Assembly (NCBI GenBank): GCA_021768625.1
Contig: JAETUM010000004.1
Location: 11,738-75,737, forward strand
DNA: 64,000 nt
Reading direction: 5' to 3'
Origin: Candidatus Stoquefichus sp.
GTDB taxonomy: Bacteria > Bacillota_I > Bacilli_A > Erysipelotrichales > Coprobacillaceae
Part shown: piece after piece, positions 62,179 to 64,000 of the stretch
Layout of the letters: the number at the start of each line of letters is the position of its first letter
Position numbering within the stretch: the stretch's first letter is position 1
Notes under the pieces: model-generated
The model's input: only the letters and a program-made list of their open reading frames with translations
What the model was told of the DNA's origin: nothing
Database searches by the model: none
Made by a program: the position numbers and the translations under genes

Positions 62179-63279
62179 ATGAGTAAAAAACTAGATGAAT
62201 TATTTCAAAAATATGCGTATTCAACTCAACAAAAATATCAATTAAGATTGGCTGATGAAAAAAGACTTGATTTGGATATAATTAAAAACCCAAAATATGA
62301 TTGGGAACAAATGCGAGAAATAAGATTGTGTATGGAATACAATATTGATCCTTCTGCATTATGTGATTATAATATTCCATCTGATTCTATGGAAAAGATT
62401 AGAATTCATTTGTTTGAAAAAGCAGGTATTTATAAGGAAAATAATGAAATTATTCAAAGGAAAAGATTAAAACGATTTATATTATGTTTTTTATTGTTAA
62501 TTATGATAAGTGGAACAGCTGCTATTATGTATGTTAATAGAGATTATATTATGTTATATTTTGAAAACATTAATTTTGAACTCAATTGTCAAAAAGTTGA
62601 TATAGGTATTTCTAAAATTAAAAATATTGACTATACTGCTTATATCAAAAATTATGATAAAAAAAACAAACTTATATTACCAAATACTAAAATCAATGAT
62701 ATAGGAAATTATACTGTTACATATAAGATAAAAAATGGAGTAAAAACAAAAGAAGAACATCTTATTGTACACGTATATGATGATATTAAACCAATTATTA
62801 ATTTATCTACAACTTCTCTTGTTATCCAGGAGGGGACAAATATATCTCCTTCAAAATATATTGTTTCTGCTATAGACAATATAGACGGAGATTTAAGAAA
62901 AGATATAAAGATTGAAAGTAATGTAAAGGTGAATGTTCCTGGTAATTATAAAATAGTATATCGAGTAAGGGATACAGAAAAAAATGAAGAAAAAAAGCAA
63001 ATAGTTGTTACTGTTAAAAAGAATGAATCAAGTACAATAAATAATGATTTTCCTGGTTCTTCAAATAAAAAAGATACAAAACAACAAAATAGGCCAATAA
63101 GAAAGACAGCTAAAGATAAAATATTTTATTTTAAAACCATTGGTGATGCTGATAAGATATATAAGCAGGCAGAAAAATATGCTAAATCTATGATTATTTT
63201 AAAGAAAGCAAGAGGGTATGAAATTAAACCTTTTAAAAAGGATAGTATAAATGTCGGATGGAAGGTGTCATTTGAATAG
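62179..63279 (+). CDS. single-pass membrane protein with extracellular Ig-like (DUF5011-type) repeats
   Basis: Cytoplasmic ~95 aa, then TM (FILCFLLLIMISGTAAIMYV), then repeats ...IGNYTVTYKIKNG...HVYDDIKP and ...PGNYKIVYRVRDTEKNEE...VTVKK. Confidence 0.55.
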   Translation: MSKKLDELFQKYAYSTQQKYQLRLADEKRLDLDIIKNPKYDWEQMREIRLCMEYNIDPSALCDYNIPSDSMEKIRIHLFEKAGIYKENNEIIQRKRLKRFILCFLLLIMISGTAAIMYVNRDYIMLYFENINFELNCQKVDIGISKIKNIDYTAYIKNYDKKNKLILPNTKINDIGNYTVTYKIKNGVKTKEEHLIVHVYDDIKPIINLSTTSLVIQEGTNISPSKYIVSAIDNIDGDLRKDIKIESNVKVNVPGNYKIVYRVRDTEKNEEKKQIVVTVKKNESSTINNDFPGSSNKKDTKQQNRPIRKTAKDKIFYFKTIGDADKIYKQAEKYAKSMIILKKARGYEIKPFKKDSINVGWKVSFE

Positions 63280-63361
63280 TGTTTTATAATTGTCATAAAA
63301 AACACTTGCTTTTTTATGAGGTAGGGTGTATCATGTATATGATATTACTATTGATATGTTT

Positions 63362-63397
63362 AAGGAATCAATTTATTGTTGATTCCTTATTTCGTTT
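63362..63397 (+). terminator. intrinsic terminator
   Basis: 10-bp stem AAGGAATCAA / TTGATTCCTT, 7-nt loop, T-rich tail. Confidence 0.6.
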
Positions 63398-63425
63398 AGG
63401 CACTATTATATAGTGTCTTTTTTTA
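63398..63425 (+). terminator. intrinsic terminator
   Basis: Stem AGGCACTA / TAGTGTCT (one G-U), loop TTATA, T7. Confidence 0.65.
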
Positions 63426-63520
63426 TGAAATTACTTATTTTATTTATGTGATATTTACTTATCAATTAAATATTTCAAAATGGTATATGTTGAGCTTTAT
63501 CCTTCAAAAGGAGGAAATAT

Positions 63521-64000
63521 ATGAAATTAACTGAAGTATTTGATAAGTATATTGAAGAAATGAGACTGGAATTAAAAGAAAGTACAGTTGAAACACAGAT
63601 TTATCGATTTAATGTAATAGCTAAATATATGGAGGATTTAGATATAAATGATATTACTTATGATATGGTTAAAGAATTACAAAAAAATTTATTTATAAGA
63701 GATGGATTTAGCTCATCATATGTCAATCATATTATAAGTGTATTAAGAAAATTGTTTAAATATGCATATGCAAGAAAAATAATTGAATTTAATCCTATTA
63801 CAGAGATCAAAAATATTAAAGATAGTACTGTAAAAGAAAAAGTGATTTATGATTATAAAATGTATCAAGATTTTTCTGCGGTAATTTCAAATGAGAGTGA
63901 TAAATTAATGTTTGATTTTCTGTTTTTTCTTGGATTAAGAATAGGGGAACTTGTTGCTTTAAAGTGGAAAAATATTGATATGATAAATGGTATTATAGAC
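63521..64000 (+). CDS. int: tyrosine site-specific recombinase/integrase, N-terminal 160 aa (3' end outside window)
   Basis: AGGAGG SD. MKLTEVFDKYIEEMRLELKESTVETQIYRFNVI...SSSYVNHIISVLRKLFKYAYARKII is a SAM-like core-binding domain. ...FLFFLGLRIGELVALKWKNID contains the catalytic Arg (box I). Not in the ORF track because it has no stop inside the window. Confidence 0.8.
   Translation, partial: MKLTEVFDKYIEEMRLELKESTVETQIYRFNVIAKYMEDLDINDITYDMVKELQKNLFIRDGFSSSYVNHIISVLRKLFKYAYARKIIEFNPITEIKNIKDSTVKEKVIYDYKMYQDFSAVISNESDKLMFDFLFFLGLRIGELVALKWKNIDMINGIID

Larger units (their letters stand above)
20719..63300 (+). mobile_element. integrated conjugative element / integrated conjugative plasmid adjacent to tRNA-Ser (boundaries approximate)
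   Basis: Contiguous, almost entirely co-directional block with ParA/ParB, SSB, Toprim, T4SS ATPases, VirB6-like, cell-wall hydrolase, coupling protein, relaxase, ArdC, methyltransferase and adhesins. Begins right after the tRNA-Ser 3' end. The element-specific palindrome family is confined to 23.9-62.1 kb. No att direct repeats could be identified by eye. Confidence 0.8.

Overview
Low-GC Gram-positive (Bacillota-like) DNA in two parts, called by motif recognition and manual reading only (no searches run). (1) 1-19.3 kb is a chromosomal cell-envelope locus. It has four TagB/TagF-type teichoic-acid phosphotransferases, two IspD/TarI cytidylyltransferases, a TarJ-like reductase, an SDR epimerase, an acyltransferase-3 and a 1274-aa wall-anchored surface protein. 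These are followed by an antitoxin-less MazF, DUF975, a CPBP protease, a PAP2 phosphatase and a HAD-membrane protein. tRNA-Lys(CTT) lies at 19367-19442 and tRNA-Ser(GCT) at 20628-20718. (2) From just after tRNA-Ser to about 63.3 kb lies a ~42.6-kb conjugative element (ICE or integrated conjugative plasmid), almost entirely plus-strand. It carries a ParA/ParB-like pair; a block of small genes with SSB, a PemK-like protein and DUF3991-Toprim; a SipW plus TasA-like fibre cluster; and a Cna-B/SpaA-repeat adhesin. It also carries type IV secretion genes (VirB6-, VirB3-, VirB4-like, SLT+NlpC/P60 hydrolase, VirD4-like coupling protein), an ArdC-DprA-methyltransferase-PcfM module, RHH-like proteins and a MobL-like relaxase. 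Cargo includes a TIR-domain protein, a ToxN/AbiQ-like protein, a pentapeptide-repeat protein and a membrane HNH nuclease. A tyrosine integrase gene starts at 63521 and runs off the window. The most notable observations are these. (a) A 16-bp perfect palindrome ATGGCAA-NN-TTGCCAT occurs 12 times plus 2 variants, only inside the element; all but two sit in intergenic gaps, mostly just upstream of ribosome-binding sites, one lies inside the parB-like gene and one core-only variant in the leader of the SSB operon. I propose it is a KorB/parS-like operator network, with RNA-hairpin and module-boundary alternatives. (b) An element-borne SipW signal peptidase is fused in frame to a TasA-like substrate, next to further TasA-like subunits, a wall-anchored protein and an 1133-aa secreted protein, which may form a mating fibre. 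(c) The TIR and ToxN-like cargo genes sit between the RHH-like genes and the relaxase gene and are bracketed by the palindromes. (d) A GGTATACC repeat array is a candidate oriT or operator. (e) Two pairs of conserved leader motifs precede element operons.
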